From IMG/VR virus record IMGVR_UViG_3300023117_001979: a DNA stretch of 64,000 nucleotides; one strand, given 5' to 3'. The first letter of the stretch is position 1. Each line of letters opens with the position of its first letter. Shown piece after piece: positions 19,164-30,112 of this stretch. A program made the translations under genes and the position numbers. Source of the DNA: an uncultured virus (IMG/VR IMGVR_UViG_3300023117_001979) (lineage: Duplodnaviria > Heunggongvirae > Uroviricota > Caudoviricetes). The notes below the pieces were generated by a model, which searched no databases, was not told the origin of the DNA, and saw only the letters and a program-made list of their open reading frames with translations.

Positions 19164-19832
19164 ATGTGGGTTCATAGTGATGGAGTAGCACGAGATGTTG
19201 AAAGTGACTTCAAGGAAGCTTTGTTTCCTGGGGCCGCGTGTCTTATTCGCTCAGTGTTTGATGAATATGAAGCATACGAAGCTGAAAGTGTTTTTTCTGT
19301 TGATTTAATCAACCAAGCAAGCTTAGCTCAAAGAGCTATCTTTGCAGGGGAAGCCTTTCTAATGTTATTTGACCCTGCATGTGTTATTTCACCTCGCGCT
19401 ATGCATGAAGCCTTTGCTACTGAGTTTCTAATGCATACACTTTCACATATAGCCTGTGAAATTGAAGATGAGGTATTTGAGCTTCGCAAAGACATGTATC
19501 GAGTTATTGACAAGCACTTTACTCATAATCTGCGTTCTTGGAATTGTGAGGACTTAGAAGAATGGCAAGAAGCATTTGGCTGGATTGCCGAAATACTTGT
19601 TGGTAATCAAGACTTTGAATATGGCTCTATGTTGGGTCGCTTAGATGACTTAGGTGCTTCATTTATTGGAAAACTCTTTGCAGACTTGAACCAAAAGAAC
19701 GACTTGTACTTTGAAGCACATGAAAGTAAGCATATCGAGGCAAATATGACCCAAATAGTTCAAAAATGCGCTAAAATCATTGATTTTATTGAAAAGTACC
19801 AAAAAAGTGGAAATTTCCGCGCTCACCCCTAG
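19164..19832 (+). CDS. hypothetical protein
   Basis: 222-aa ORF with AGGAGGT RBS. Confidence 0.75.
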   Translation: MWVHSDGVARDVESDFKEALFPGAACLIRSVFDEYEAYEAESVFSVDLINQASLAQRAIFAGEAFLMLFDPACVISPRAMHEAFATEFLMHTLSHIACEIEDEVFELRKDMYRVIDKHFTHNLRSWNCEDLEEWQEAFGWIAEILVGNQDFEYGSMLGRLDDLGASFIGKLFADLNQKNDLYFEAHESKHIEANMTQIVQKCAKIIDFIEKYQKSGNFRAHP

Positions 19833-19870
19833 GTGGAAGGGGTAAAAACGAAAAAGTTGAAGGGGTAAAA

Positions 19871-20245
19871 ATGAAGCTAGACGCAAACACTCAAAAAATG
19901 ATAAACGATTGGTGGCGAGAACATGGGGACAAGATGCACAAGCCACTTTGGGGAGCCATTCGACTATCCTCGGCTAACACCCGTGAGCATAATCTCCGGG
20001 TCTGTCAAATTTGTTGCACATTGTTGGAGCAAGGTATTCCGTTTGCGACCGAAGTCCGATTGAATAATGGGGTTCGCCCTGACATAGTCGCCCCAACTCA
20101 TGTACTACCAATAATTGAAGTGCTTTGGTCTGAAACAAAGAAAGACTTCTTGGAAAAGAAGGCGAGCAAATACCCATCGTCTTTACAAAGGAAATGGATT
20201 CTTCATGATGCTAAAGAGGACTACAATGAGACTAGCATTTTTTGA
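19871..20245 (+). CDS. small PD-(D/E)XK-like endonuclease
   Basis: FATEV...RPDIV...IIEVL. Confidence 0.6.
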   Translation: MKLDANTQKMINDWWREHGDKMHKPLWGAIRLSSANTREHNLRVCQICCTLLEQGIPFATEVRLNNGVRPDIVAPTHVLPIIEVLWSETKKDFLEKKASKYPSSLQRKWILHDAKEDYNETSIF

Positions 20246-20254
20246 GGTGAGATA

Positions 20255-20566
20255 ATGTCAAATCTAAACAACAAGCAATATCGAAATACTCGGAGGGACT
20301 ATTATTATGATTCTCCGCAACAACAAGAAGAAGAAGTACGCTGGGGCTTACGACGAGCTGGAAGCTGGCCATCAGACTGGGCTCCACGAAGGACTTGTGA
20401 AATGTGCAAAAAGGAATTTAGGACTGATAATGAAGAAGGGTTTAGCAACTTCTTAGTGGATGTTTGTGCATTCTGTATTCAAAAGTTAGTCAAGAAAGAA
20501 AGGAGCCGGGTTAAGAACACTGATGTGCATATTGGCCGTCGAATTGACGAAATTCAAACCCAATAG
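20255..20566 (+). CDS. zinc-finger hypothetical protein
   Basis: CEMC...CAFC; GAGGTGA RBS. Confidence 0.65.
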   Translation: MSNLNNKQYRNTRRDYYYDSPQQQEEEVRWGLRRAGSWPSDWAPRRTCEMCKKEFRTDNEEGFSNFLVDVCAFCIQKLVKKERSRVKNTDVHIGRRIDEIQTQ

Positions 20567-20597
20567 GTTTATCTTCACTACTAATAGTGGTTTAATC

Positions 20598-21023
20598 ATG
20601 GCGAAGGAAGTACGCTACACATATACGGGAAAGGAAGTCGGTGGACTTCGAAAAATGGTAAGTGATGTTGTTGTTGTTGAAGAACAATGGATTAACGCAG
20701 CAAATCAGTTTTTTGCAAACGGCTATGCTCCCTTGCTTAAGTTTCCCAAAGCCTTGATTCGTCAAGAATGTGGAGAAGAATTGACCGATGCACAAGCTTG
20801 GATGCTTCTTCACCACCTCACTAACTCCGGTGTTCCTCTCGCTCTCCGTGATACCGAGGAAGACGAGAAGTCCCGCCCTGCTAAAGTCGCAGGCGCAGTG
20901 GCCGGAGTCGCTCTTGGAACCCTCGATACTGCCGTAAGTACCGTTACAACTCCGGTCTCTAAAGCAGCTCAAGCTTTGAAGAAAAATGAGCCTGAAGAGA
21001 CCGAATCGCCAGATTTGGAGTAA
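20598..21023 (+). CDS. hypothetical protein (start reassigned to MAKEV)
   Basis: In frame with ORF 20523..21023. Confidence 0.6.
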   Translation: MAKEVRYTYTGKEVGGLRKMVSDVVVVEEQWINAANQFFANGYAPLLKFPKALIRQECGEELTDAQAWMLLHHLTNSGVPLALRDTEEDEKSRPAKVAGAVAGVALGTLDTAVSTVTTPVSKAAQALKKNEPEETESPDLE

Positions 21024-21055
21024 TGTTCATAAGGTACTCTGATTAGTCTCAATTT

Positions 21056-21916
21056 ATGAGCGAATGTTGGAAGGTCCCTTTTTGGGAATACCAAGTGATG
21101 GCTGCGGGCCTCAAAGAAAGCGAGTATTCTGCTCACTGCTTTAACATAGAAGATGGTATGGTGATTTTCCGTACCAAAAGAGAGCGAAAGTTGCTAGAAG
21201 ATGTAATTTCATGGGCCAACGATGGTGTAATTCCTGAAAGGGAGGCTACGACCGGCGAGCCCAAGAAGAAAGTCGCAAAGGTGGGCGAAAAAACTGGTCC
21301 AAGCATTGGCCAATTGATTCTCAAGAACCCCCATATCATTACCAACCTTCGTGACAAAAACGGCGAATATCTCCAAGGGCTTTGTCCTTCTTGTGCTACG
21401 GTCAACAAAGACTCCGATGAAAACCACTTTTGGATTCATTCTGACTATGGTGGCTATGGTTGTGTTTCTGACTGTGAAACTAGCGATGTGACACGCGCCG
21501 TAGTGAAAATTATGTCTGATGCAGGCATCCTTGAATCTGACACATATCAAAAGCCAAGTAATGCTGAATTACTTGCGGTTCGGCCTATCGGCAAAGACCC
21601 ATTGTCAAAAGAGGCAGCGAACAATTCTGTAAAGAGCTTCACTAAGCAAGCAAAGCTAATTTTAGACCACATCCATAGTGCCAAAGATGGCGTGACTGAT
21701 GAAGAAGGTCAAGATACGCTGAATATCCCTGGAAATTCTTATCGCCCTGCCCGACTTTCGTTAGAAAGGCTTGGTTATATCACTCGTTCCGGAGAAACAC
21801 GCCCAACCCATTCAGGCTCAAGAGCCGCCGTTTGGATAGCAAAAATGTCACTAGAACAGGCTGAATTAGAATTTGAAATTAGGAATGAAGAAATAGTAGT
21901 GGAGGCATCTTCGTGA
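21056..21916 (+). CDS. zinc-ribbon (primase ZBD-like) plus winged-helix protein
   Basis: CPSC...GC...C and a C-terminal TDEE...YRPARLSLERLGYI.SGETRPT.SG.A.VW wHTH. Confidence 0.55.
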   Translation: MSECWKVPFWEYQVMAAGLKESEYSAHCFNIEDGMVIFRTKRERKLLEDVISWANDGVIPEREATTGEPKKKVAKVGEKTGPSIGQLILKNPHIITNLRDKNGEYLQGLCPSCATVNKDSDENHFWIHSDYGGYGCVSDCETSDVTRAVVKIMSDAGILESDTYQKPSNAELLAVRPIGKDPLSKEAANNSVKSFTKQAKLILDHIHSAKDGVTDEEGQDTLNIPGNSYRPARLSLERLGYITRSGETRPTHSGSRAAVWIAKMSLEQAELEFEIRNEEIVVEASS

Positions 21917-21992
21917 ACATGCCGACTGATGAATGCCAGTGTGAAAACCCTGGACCTCGTCATTCGGGATGCCACCCGACCAGCTGCGCTAG

Positions 21993-22397
21993 GTGCGGGG
22001 GTATCATCGAATGAGTGCTGTATTCCGACTAATGGACACCGTAATTGGGCGAAAGTGTGAGATTGAAGAATGCGTATGCGTTGCTGAGGAAAACGACCCC
22101 CGCTGCTATGACCATAGTGTTATGCGACTCATCGAGCCTTTGTTTGAGCACTTTGACGAACAATGTAGCTTTGGTGGAATAAATTGTACTGGAACCGCTA
22201 CCCACATGAATGAGCATGAGGTTAGCATGTGTGAAAACTGCTACAATGAATGGACCCGTTACCGGCGCATTCAGCGAGGTCGCCGCTATGAAGGTCGCAC
22301 TATCGGCCAGCTTGTTGGACCCCATAACGAATTGATAATGGAAGCACTGTGGACCCCAGTAGTGACATTAGTAGAAGAAGGAGATGAAACAGAATGA
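21993..22397 (+). CDS. Cys-rich hypothetical protein
   Basis: Multiple C/H ligands; overlaps the polB start. Confidence 0.55.
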   Translation: MRGYHRMSAVFRLMDTVIGRKCEIEECVCVAEENDPRCYDHSVMRLIEPLFEHFDEQCSFGGINCTGTATHMNEHEVSMCENCYNEWTRYRRIQRGRRYEGRTIGQLVGPHNELIMEALWTPVVTLVEEGDETE

Positions 22398-25135
22398 CGA
22401 ACATAGCAATTTGTGAGCAGAACCCAGGATATATGGGTCGAATGAACGATGGAAAAAGAGTAGCAGTAAGGTCGAGGGATGAACACGGCAACCGGAAGGT
22501 TGACTTCTATGAGGTCCCAGCGGAGTGCTACATTGATTTGAACAACTTCGCTGAGCGATACACTTGGGATGGTCAGAAGAGAGTTAAGTGCAACCCAGCT
22601 AAGGATGTTTTCGACCCTCTTTCGTTTCTTACACAGGACTGGCGTATGGACCGAGCAGGCATCATTGATGTTGAGCCAGGAAAGGGAAAGACCATTGAAA
22701 AGAAGCCTCTCGCTCGCATCACTTTCAATTCTCGTTCTGATTTGCGCAGGTTCCTAAAGGACTACACCCCTGTTTATGGCGCTGACCTTGCACAGGAGGA
22801 CATTTGCGCTATCAGGTATGAAACCGGAAACGAGGACTTTGAGCTACACAAGTGCTACTTTGATATTGAAGCTGTTCAGTTTAAGCGTGATGACCCACTT
22901 AAGGCAGAATGGTTGGTTGATTGGAAAAAAGAAATTTGGCACGACCAGCAAATGGTCAACTCTATTGTTGCTTACGATAACTGGTTGGACACTTACTTTG
23001 TCTTTGCCTGCCATCCTTCGTGGGATGAGGAAATCAACAGTGATACTGACGGGTCTCGACGCATTATCGAAAAGAAGCACAAGACTGAGAAAGCCATGCT
23101 TACCTCTTTTGCTGAATGGTTCTACAAAGCTGACTTCGATGTTATCACTGGATGGAACAGTGCGGGCTATGATATGTCTGTTCTTTACCACCGCATGGAG
23201 TCGCTTCGTGTGCCTCACTGCATGAATGGTGTTCACTTTGAGAACGGACTTATGCCTCGTGAAGTCTACGGTGGAGGTGCTATGTCTCCTTACGGTATCA
23301 TGGATGAGCCGTTTCACAAGGGTGGTCGTGAATACCTTTGGCAACAACAACCACTACGAGGGGTAGACCACCTTGACATGATGGTTGCATTCAAGCGTCT
23401 TTACAAAGACTCCACTAACAACGAATTGGTTTCTTCCCGTTTGGGTCGTGTTGCTCAATTCCTTGAATTGCGTGAAGGAAAGCTAGAATCTCCCGATTTC
23501 TATTCAAAAGACTATCACATTGGCTGGGAGGAATTCCGTAACTACAACATTCGGGATGTAGAATTGCTCGTGCAAATCGACGATGCCTGGAATGTAATCG
23601 GCTCTTACAAGACGGTGCAACAGCTAGTCGGTTGTCAGCTCCGCTCTACTTTCTATGCTACTGGACTTGCTCGTGTCATGTTCAACGAAGAAGCATACTG
23701 GAAGCAGCGAACCTATCCCTATGAGCATGAGTTTGAAGATGACGATGACGACCTTGAGGGTGCTATCGTTCTTGACCCCGAAGAATTGGACTCAGTCGGG
23801 CTACATGACTGGACTGTTATTCTTGACTTCGCCGGTCTATACCCCTCTATCATGTGTGCATACAACACATGTCATTCTTCTAAGGTGCGACCAGGAATGC
23901 CTCACTTAGATGATGATATGATAGGACATAATGGTGTTCGTTTCCGTAAGAACCCTGTTGGTGTTCTTCCCAAGATGGTTCTTCGTCTTGACGAGCAAAG
24001 GGATGAATACAAAGCGAAGCTGAAAGAAGCCGAAGCTGCTGGTGACAAGGTAGCAGCCCGAAAGTGGAACGCTATGCAGCTTTCAGTCAAGCGAATGAGG
24101 GCTTCTTTCTACGGAATCATGGCTTTCCCTAAGTTTTCCTGGTATGACCCTGATATTGCTAAGACCATCACTATGGGTGGTCGCAATGCACTTCTTTCTA
24201 TCAAGGCAAAGGCCGAAGAAGCAGGGTTCAAGGTTGTGTTCGGACACACTGACTCTATCTTCGTTACTATGCCTAAGGAGTGGACTCAGGAGAAGGTGTA
24301 TGAGGAATCTATCACCCTCGCTAAGCAATTGACTGACCATGTTCAAGCCCAATTACGGACTGACAAAGTCGTAGTTGAATTAGAGGCTATCATGGACAAA
24401 TATTTCATCGCTAAGAAAAATCGCTACGCTGGTCGTAAGGCGTGGGATGACAAGAAGGGTTTCCTCAACCTTGACTTCTCCGAAGACGGTTGGCCTGAGG
24501 TTTCCAGGAAAATGTCAGGCATGGAGGCGAAGCAAACCAACACTGCACCTGTTGGTCGTAACATTCAGTTGCAGACTTTGGGTCGTATTTTTAACGATGA
24601 ATCGCCAAGAGAAATCCAAGACAGCATTAAGAATCTTGTAGTTGATGTTCGAAATGGCAACATTGACGACAATGAATTAGTCGCAAATGCAAAGCTCAAC
24701 AAGTGGCTACCACATCATGTTGATTGGCACTGGGGCTATGAGAAAGAGTGTGATTGCGGAGAATGCCCCGAACCAAAAACTGGTGACCAGCGTGACGACG
24801 ATGATTCCTGCTATGCCAAGAAATTTTGGTCTGCTACCGCAGCATTGTTCCACAATGATGTTCTTTCTGACGACTCAAAGGGGTATGTGAAGCTCGATAA
24901 GGGTGATTCGTTTAGCTGGGTGCATGTTTGTGATGGGCCGACTGCGATTCCTAAGGATGGTTGGGTTGGTTTCTATGACCTAGAGCAAATTGCTGACTAT
25001 ACCCTGGATTACGCACTTTTGGCTGAGAAGCATGTAATCAAGAAGCTAGAGAACATCTACTTTGGTATGGGTTGGGACATTAACGAATTGTATGAAAAGA
25101 AGCGCTATTCTCTTGATGACTTCCTTTCAGCATAG
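22394..25135 (+). CDS. polB: family B DNA polymerase with 3'-5' exonuclease
   Basis: ExoI FDIE, ExoII GWNSAGYD, ExoIII YNIRDV; motif A DFAGLYPS, motif B K...SFYG, motif C GHTDS, KKNRY. Confidence 0.96.
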   Translation: MTNIAICEQNPGYMGRMNDGKRVAVRSRDEHGNRKVDFYEVPAECYIDLNNFAERYTWDGQKRVKCNPAKDVFDPLSFLTQDWRMDRAGIIDVEPGKGKTIEKKPLARITFNSRSDLRRFLKDYTPVYGADLAQEDICAIRYETGNEDFELHKCYFDIEAVQFKRDDPLKAEWLVDWKKEIWHDQQMVNSIVAYDNWLDTYFVFACHPSWDEEINSDTDGSRRIIEKKHKTEKAMLTSFAEWFYKADFDVITGWNSAGYDMSVLYHRMESLRVPHCMNGVHFENGLMPREVYGGGAMSPYGIMDEPFHKGGREYLWQQQPLRGVDHLDMMVAFKRLYKDSTNNELVSSRLGRVAQFLELREGKLESPDFYSKDYHIGWEEFRNYNIRDVELLVQIDDAWNVIGSYKTVQQLVGCQLRSTFYATGLARVMFNEEAYWKQRTYPYEHEFEDDDDDLEGAIVLDPEELDSVGLHDWTVILDFAGLYPSIMCAYNTCHSSKVRPGMPHLDDDMIGHNGVRFRKNPVGVLPKMVLRLDEQRDEYKAKLKEAEAAGDKVAARKWNAMQLSVKRMRASFYGIMAFPKFSWYDPDIAKTITMGGRNALLSIKAKAEEAGFKVVFGHTDSIFVTMPKEWTQEKVYEESITLAKQLTDHVQAQLRTDKVVVELEAIMDKYFIAKKNRYAGRKAWDDKKGFLNLDFSEDGWPEVSRKMSGMEAKQTNTAPVGRNIQLQTLGRIFNDESPREIQDSIKNLVVDVRNGNIDDNELVANAKLNKWLPHHVDWHWGYEKECDCGECPEPKTGDQRDDDDSCYAKKFWSATAALFHNDVLSDDSKGYVKLDKGDSFSWVHVCDGPTAIPKDGWVGFYDLEQIADYTLDYALLAEKHVIKKLENIYFGMGWDINELYEKKRYSLDDFLSA

Positions 25136-28100
25136 CGTTTTCCTATCTCTAGGTCTTTACCTGCGGTAATTGCTTCAACCATTCCATCTAGGTTGTCGAT
25201 AGTACCCATAATTGGGTGAACGCGTAGTGACTTTCCTGGGTCTTCTCCACCTATTCCACCTAGTAGTGAAGTAGAGTTAGCGACCATGTGTCCACTCTTT
25301 CCTAAGCCTGAAAGGTAACCTGTACTGCCCATATTATCAATCAAAGCATCAATGTAGCGAATGTCTAAGTCACCTAGCCCGGATTTACTATTCATCTGCT
25401 GGTTAAAAATTTCTTTAATACCCGCTAGAGCGGCTTCGAGACCAAAAGAATGAGCAATCCAAAAGGGGTCATTACACACGGTTAGGTACTCATCATAGTA
25501 CTCGCCAATTAACTCATATGCGTTCTCCATCATTGGGTTTGTTTTACCTGGCTTTGGCTTAGCGGGTCCTTTAATTACAATAGACCAACGCTCAGGACCA
25601 CCTGTTGGGTGAGCACCATGCTCACTAAATGCTCTTCCTCCGTTTATTAGGCCATGAATTTGATACTTGCCTAGTGACTCTTTCAATACAAGTAGGTATG
25701 AATCAATATCTAAGTATTCAGGAGTACCATGCGTTCTAACTCTTAGGCCCCCTTCTATTTCATTTACTGAAAACACTGGGCTATGACTGCTACCTTTGTA
25801 AGTCAAGTACTCTTTAACGAATTCCAAGTCCACTTCAAAGGTGTTTACTACTTCCATATCGAATACAATATCTATGGCTCGCTCATCAGATAGATACCTA
25901 AACACAGTCGCTATGTCATCTATGTAAAGTGTCGAACAGAAGTTAGCTAGCTTCTTAGCGTAATATTCATCATTGTATTCTTCTTTCAAAAAGTACTGCG
26001 TCACTGGTTGTTGAATGGCGGAGCGTGACAAATCTAGAATCTGAATAATACGGTCTGTTGTGGGCACTGTTCCTTTACCACCACCGTGAAACGCCCTAAG
26101 CCCAGCTTGTGTTACTGGTTCACCAACATTTGCAGCTCCTGTTGCACCAATCATTTCACCAGCGCGAGCTTTGCTTTCATTGTAATACTCGTAAGCGCGA
26201 GCAAAGTATTCAGCAGGGTTTTCAATTTCTCGCGCTTCGAATTCGGGGTCAATTTTTTCGCGCAGCCTTGACGAAATATTGAGGGGCAATCGTCCTAGCT
26301 TGGGAGTATTTTTGTACAGTGTTCCATCTTGACATGTGTCACATTCATCAAACAGTGTAATTCCATGCCTACACAGCTGTGACAAAAAGTGTGGCTGAAG
26401 TGAAAGTGAAAGTCCGTCTGAGTTATCGGGTCCTCGCGCATGGAATGGTTGAATCCCATCTTCACCAACTTGTAGCGACAAAACCTTGCCCAATCGCATA
26501 TTTACCAAATAGCCTCTATCGTCAATCATCAAGTTTTCAGATGCGCGCTTAAGTCGATGCTCAAGATAGCCCGACTTTTGAATCGCGCCCATTGATGATT
26601 CCATCGCGACGCGGCGGCCAGCGACAGACGCAAGGAAGTATTGTTCAGGAGAAAACCCAGTAGCATAAGAGTCCGGATTAAAGCCAAAAGCTTCTCCTGA
26701 GTAATCACCTTCTTTGAAGTGTGGCAGTAATCGACCTACCTTATTACCACTCATCAACCGGTTTCCACCTACTCTCACTTGCCCATATGCCCCTGACATT
26801 TGCTGAATGTTCAAATCACTAGCACGGGCCCCTGAAACAACTGCAATAGCCATTTGGTTTGCTGTACCTTGCAGCTCTTTGGTAAGTTTGATAATTTCAT
26901 CATCAAAGTCATTAGTGATATTTGCTACTTGCAATTCCATCCATGCAAGCGGGTCGTAAGTAAGCCAATGTCGGGAGTTTTCGGTGAAATAGTCATCAGG
27001 TAGGTTCTCTAGAGTCCTGTTAAAGAAAGCCTCAGTTATAACCCTAATTTTTTCATTCGCTTCGTCATAAAGTTGCTTCTTTTTCTCAATAAACTCAGGA
27101 GCGCTGAGCGATACATCCTCGATACCAATAGTATATCCGACATACAAATGAGCGGCGAAGAATAGACGATTTATGTGGTCAATGAAATCTGCTAGCATTC
27201 TAATGCCCAGCTCGTAATTAAAGTGATAAACAAAGGCAGCTCCTAGCACCATTGACCCGTTTTTGACACCCTTTGCATCAAGAGTACCATAGAGAAGCTT
27301 GCCGTTTTCTATTCTTGCTTCTGCTCCAGTTTTGTCTTTCCAAACACAATTAATTCCTTCGGGAATGAACATAGACACTACGGACTTGCCAGTGTAAAAC
27401 TTCTTGTAGTCAGGTTCGGGTAATGACTTGATGTAACTGAGGGTTCCTTCGTCATCTCTAGTGTACACTAGTCCGAGCATTTCAATGAGAGCCTTCTTCG
27501 AGAAGTAAACATACCCGTCTTTGTCGTAGCCGATTCCCCCTACTTTGTTGTAAGTACCATACGGCCCCTTGAACGACTTTTTGTCATCGTCTTCAAGCCG
27601 TTGATAGTCATTGTAAGAGATTTCTATTTCGTTGCCCTTCTTATCCTTGCCCCGATATACCAACTTGCTCTTGTTAGGGAAAGTAAGCAAGTAGGCACCT
27701 GATGTTTCGTCTTGGTCAGAGGCAATAGTAGGCCTACCATAGCGAGAGTGAATAATTTGCTTATTTACATCTAGAATATCTTTTGCTTCTTGGATAGCTT
27801 CGGGTGACTGTGGCACAAAGCAACGCATAGTATCGCCATCGTAGTCTGCGTTAAACGGCACACAAATAGTAGGGTTGAAACTAAATGCATGTTGTTTGAG
27901 CGGAACCACCTTGCCTGCCATTACATTCTGACGATGAAGAGCAGGGGCGCGGGTAAAAAGAATAATGTCGTGCTTTCTTAGCCCTCTATGAACAATATCG
28001 CCAATTTTGAGAGTGTCTGCTAAAATGGTGCGGAGGCTCTTTCCATACTCGTATCGATACTCTCGACGCGCCTGTTTGATTTCTTTTTCTTTACCTGCCT

Positions 28101-30111
28101 GGTCATCCCTACCACGATACTTGGCATTAATTCCTCTTAGAATCTCTTGATACCATACATTTTGTGCTTCAGGGTTTACCTGCCTCCCCAAAGAATCCAC
28201 TTCGAATGGGTCATAACGACTATTGGTTTCTTGTAATAGGCTAATTTTTCCTTTGCGAGCGCTCATCTTTTCAATATACTTGGCACCCCCAAAGTAGTTT
28301 TCAAAATCCCAACTATCGAGAGGTATTATTCCTTTTTTATCAGGTGGACAACCTTTCTTAACTGCTTCTCGCAAATCTTCGATATTTTCCTTTGTGACCC
28401 GCTCAGCAACAGTCATGCGAATACATGCTCCCATAGGAACACCGACTTCGTCTATTCTAAGCGAAGGGTTAGGAGTGATTACAGAATACATAGTATGCTC
28501 AGTGACTTTGGACTGGTTAATTCTTCGGATGTGGTTTTTCTTCTCCCCCGCTGGCTTAATGCGGTCATAAACGCCTTCTAGTGCTTCAGTTACTAGTCCA
28601 CTCCCGCCAAACTTTTGCTTTACAGCAGGTGTGCCAAACGGGCTTTGTGAAGTAAGAGCCTGAGTGCAGGCCTTGAACAAAGTACTCTCGCTACGAGCGA
28701 ATTTGGCTTGGTCCTCATACATGTCCAGGAGCTTCTGATTCACTCTTACAATGTTGATATACAGCTTGTCTAAGTCATTCATTTCTAAAGCACCATTAGG
28801 AGTTTCTTGTGGTGGGCGAACAGTGTTAGGTGCAATTGGAAATACATCCCAAAACAAGTAACTTGGGTGTGAGCGAGGTGCTCCTGTTAATTTGTCAACT
28901 TCAGTATTGAAGCTCAAAGCTAGAGCATGGTCGTTGGGGATTTTCTTCAAAGACTGGTAAACTACATCATATCGGTATACTTCTTTTCTTGGGAATTCAT
29001 CTTTTGCTCGTTCACCAGGCTTAGGAAAAAATTCTGCAGGCCGCCCAAATCCATATTGCATCTTAAACATGAGAATAGGGCTCTTTTCATCACAGTGCGG
29101 GCAGTGATTTACTTTCGTACTTAGGGGCGTCTTAACTGGGCCACCTTGGGCGATTTGATATGGCCCCAGGTCTCTTTTTGCTTCTCTGTAATAGTATTGG
29201 TAAGTTTCAGCAATAGACTTCCAAATAATGGCTGAGCCTTCCGGGCTAGTCATTTTGTTTTCATACATGACTTTCTTTGCTTGAGCAATTAATGGCTCTA
29301 AGTACTCGTCAGGCAAGACAACCTTGTGGCAATTTCGACATGTATATTTGAGAGTCTTTACTAAAGGCGAAGAATCAATATCACCGGTCAAGTAAAGGTA
29401 ATTAGGGACTGGGACTGCTAGCTTTATTCTTCCAAAGTGCCCTGGGCAGGAGTATTCCTTTGCCCCTTCTATGTTTGCAGTATGTCCACATGTGTAACAA
29501 GCATTACGCCCATGACTTCCAAGTCTTAAATCAGCTACCCCACCATGAATTGGTGCAGGTATGTCAGGAATCATCGTTTTACTTTGGCGCGGGGTTTCGT
29601 ATACTTCAGCATGGCGGATAACTCGGTCTCCACTTAGTAGCATAATTTCTTCAGGGCTCATCATATGATGATAGATTGCCCCTACTGCTTTTGATTCTTC
29701 ATGTAAGGTAGTGTTTGGATAAACTAGAAATCGAGCAGAAATTGGTCCTTCAATTACATAGCCTTCAAAATCAGTTTCAATCTGAACCCGGTCTGACACA
29801 TCTAGAATCTCAGTATATAGCCAATCTTCAGGTTCCGGGTCTCCGTTAAGGTAACCAGCTGTATCTTCAAAGGGCTTATTTGCTATTTTGCAGATAATTA
29901 GCGGCCCTACTTTACTTCGTAAGTTAGCGGCGTTTGGCGAAAGACGATACCACCGATATGCTTCACCTGAAGTCCTAGGAACCCATCGGATTGTGTCAAG
30001 ATTAAATTGAATGTATTTTTGGTTGTCTATCTCTTCTATTTCGTCTTTGCTAAAGAACCAATAAAACTCCTTAACTAGAGGAATTTCATTAGTGGTGTCT
30101 TGAATTACCAA
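25105..30111 (-). CDS. rpo1: DNA-directed RNA polymerase largest subunit (fused Rpo1N+Rpo1C / Rpb1-like)
   Basis: Clamp Zn sites CYTC...CPGHFG and CRNC...CPHC; RAPALHRQN; catalytic PFNADYDGD; SGARAS..NIQQM; bridge helix ...KSGYLEHRL; trigger loop GEPVTQAGLRAFHGGG. Confidence 0.95.
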   Translation of the reverse strand: MVIQDTTNEIPLVKEFYWFFSKDEIEEIDNQKYIQFNLDTIRWVPRTSGEAYRWYRLSPNAANLRSKVGPLIICKIANKPFEDTAGYLNGDPEPEDWLYTEILDVSDRVQIETDFEGYVIEGPISARFLVYPNTTLHEESKAVGAIYHHMMSPEEIMLLSGDRVIRHAEVYETPRQSKTMIPDIPAPIHGGVADLRLGSHGRNACYTCGHTANIEGAKEYSCPGHFGRIKLAVPVPNYLYLTGDIDSSPLVKTLKYTCRNCHKVVLPDEYLEPLIAQAKKVMYENKMTSPEGSAIIWKSIAETYQYYYREAKRDLGPYQIAQGGPVKTPLSTKVNHCPHCDEKSPILMFKMQYGFGRPAEFFPKPGERAKDEFPRKEVYRYDVVYQSLKKIPNDHALALSFNTEVDKLTGAPRSHPSYLFWDVFPIAPNTVRPPQETPNGALEMNDLDKLYINIVRVNQKLLDMYEDQAKFARSESTLFKACTQALTSQSPFGTPAVKQKFGGSGLVTEALEGVYDRIKPAGEKKNHIRRINQSKVTEHTMYSVITPNPSLRIDEVGVPMGACIRMTVAERVTKENIEDLREAVKKGCPPDKKGIIPLDSWDFENYFGGAKYIEKMSARKGKISLLQETNSRYDPFEVDSLGRQVNPEAQNVWYQEILRGINAKYRGRDDQAGKEKEIKQARREYRYEYGKSLRTILADTLKIGDIVHRGLRKHDIILFTRAPALHRQNVMAGKVVPLKQHAFSFNPTICVPFNADYDGDTMRCFVPQSPEAIQEAKDILDVNKQIIHSRYGRPTIASDQDETSGAYLLTFPNKSKLVYRGKDKKGNEIEISYNDYQRLEDDDKKSFKGPYGTYNKVGGIGYDKDGYVYFSKKALIEMLGLVYTRDDEGTLSYIKSLPEPDYKKFYTGKSVVSMFIPEGINCVWKDKTGAEARIENGKLLYGTLDAKGVKNGSMVLGAAFVYHFNYELGIRMLADFIDHINRLFFAAHLYVGYTIGIEDVSLSAPEFIEKKKQLYDEANEKIRVITEAFFNRTLENLPDDYFTENSRHWLTYDPLAWMELQVANITNDFDDEIIKLTKELQGTANQMAIAVVSGARASDLNIQQMSGAYGQVRVGGNRLMSGNKVGRLLPHFKEGDYSGEAFGFNPDSYATGFSPEQYFLASVAGRRVAMESSMGAIQKSGYLEHRLKRASENLMIDDRGYLVNMRLGKVLSLQVGEDGIQPFHARGPDNSDGLSLSLQPHFLSQLCRHGITLFDECDTCQDGTLYKNTPKLGRLPLNISSRLREKIDPEFEAREIENPAEYFARAYEYYNESKARAGEMIGATGAANVGEPVTQAGLRAFHGGGKGTVPTTDRIIQILDLSRSAIQQPVTQYFLKEEYNDEYYAKKLANFCSTLYIDDIATVFRYLSDERAIDIVFDMEVVNTFEVDLEFVKEYLTYKGSSHSPVFSVNEIEGGLRVRTHGTPEYLDIDSYLLVLKESLGKYQIHGLINGGRAFSEHGAHPTGGPERWSIVIKGPAKPKPGKTNPMMENAYELIGEYYDEYLTVCNDPFWIAHSFGLEAALAGIKEIFNQQMNSKSGLGDLDIRYIDALIDNMGSTGYLSGLGKSGHMVANSTSLLGGIGGEDPGKSLRVHPIMGTIDNLDGMVEAITAGKDLEIGKRYAERKSSRE

Positions 30112-30112
30112 A

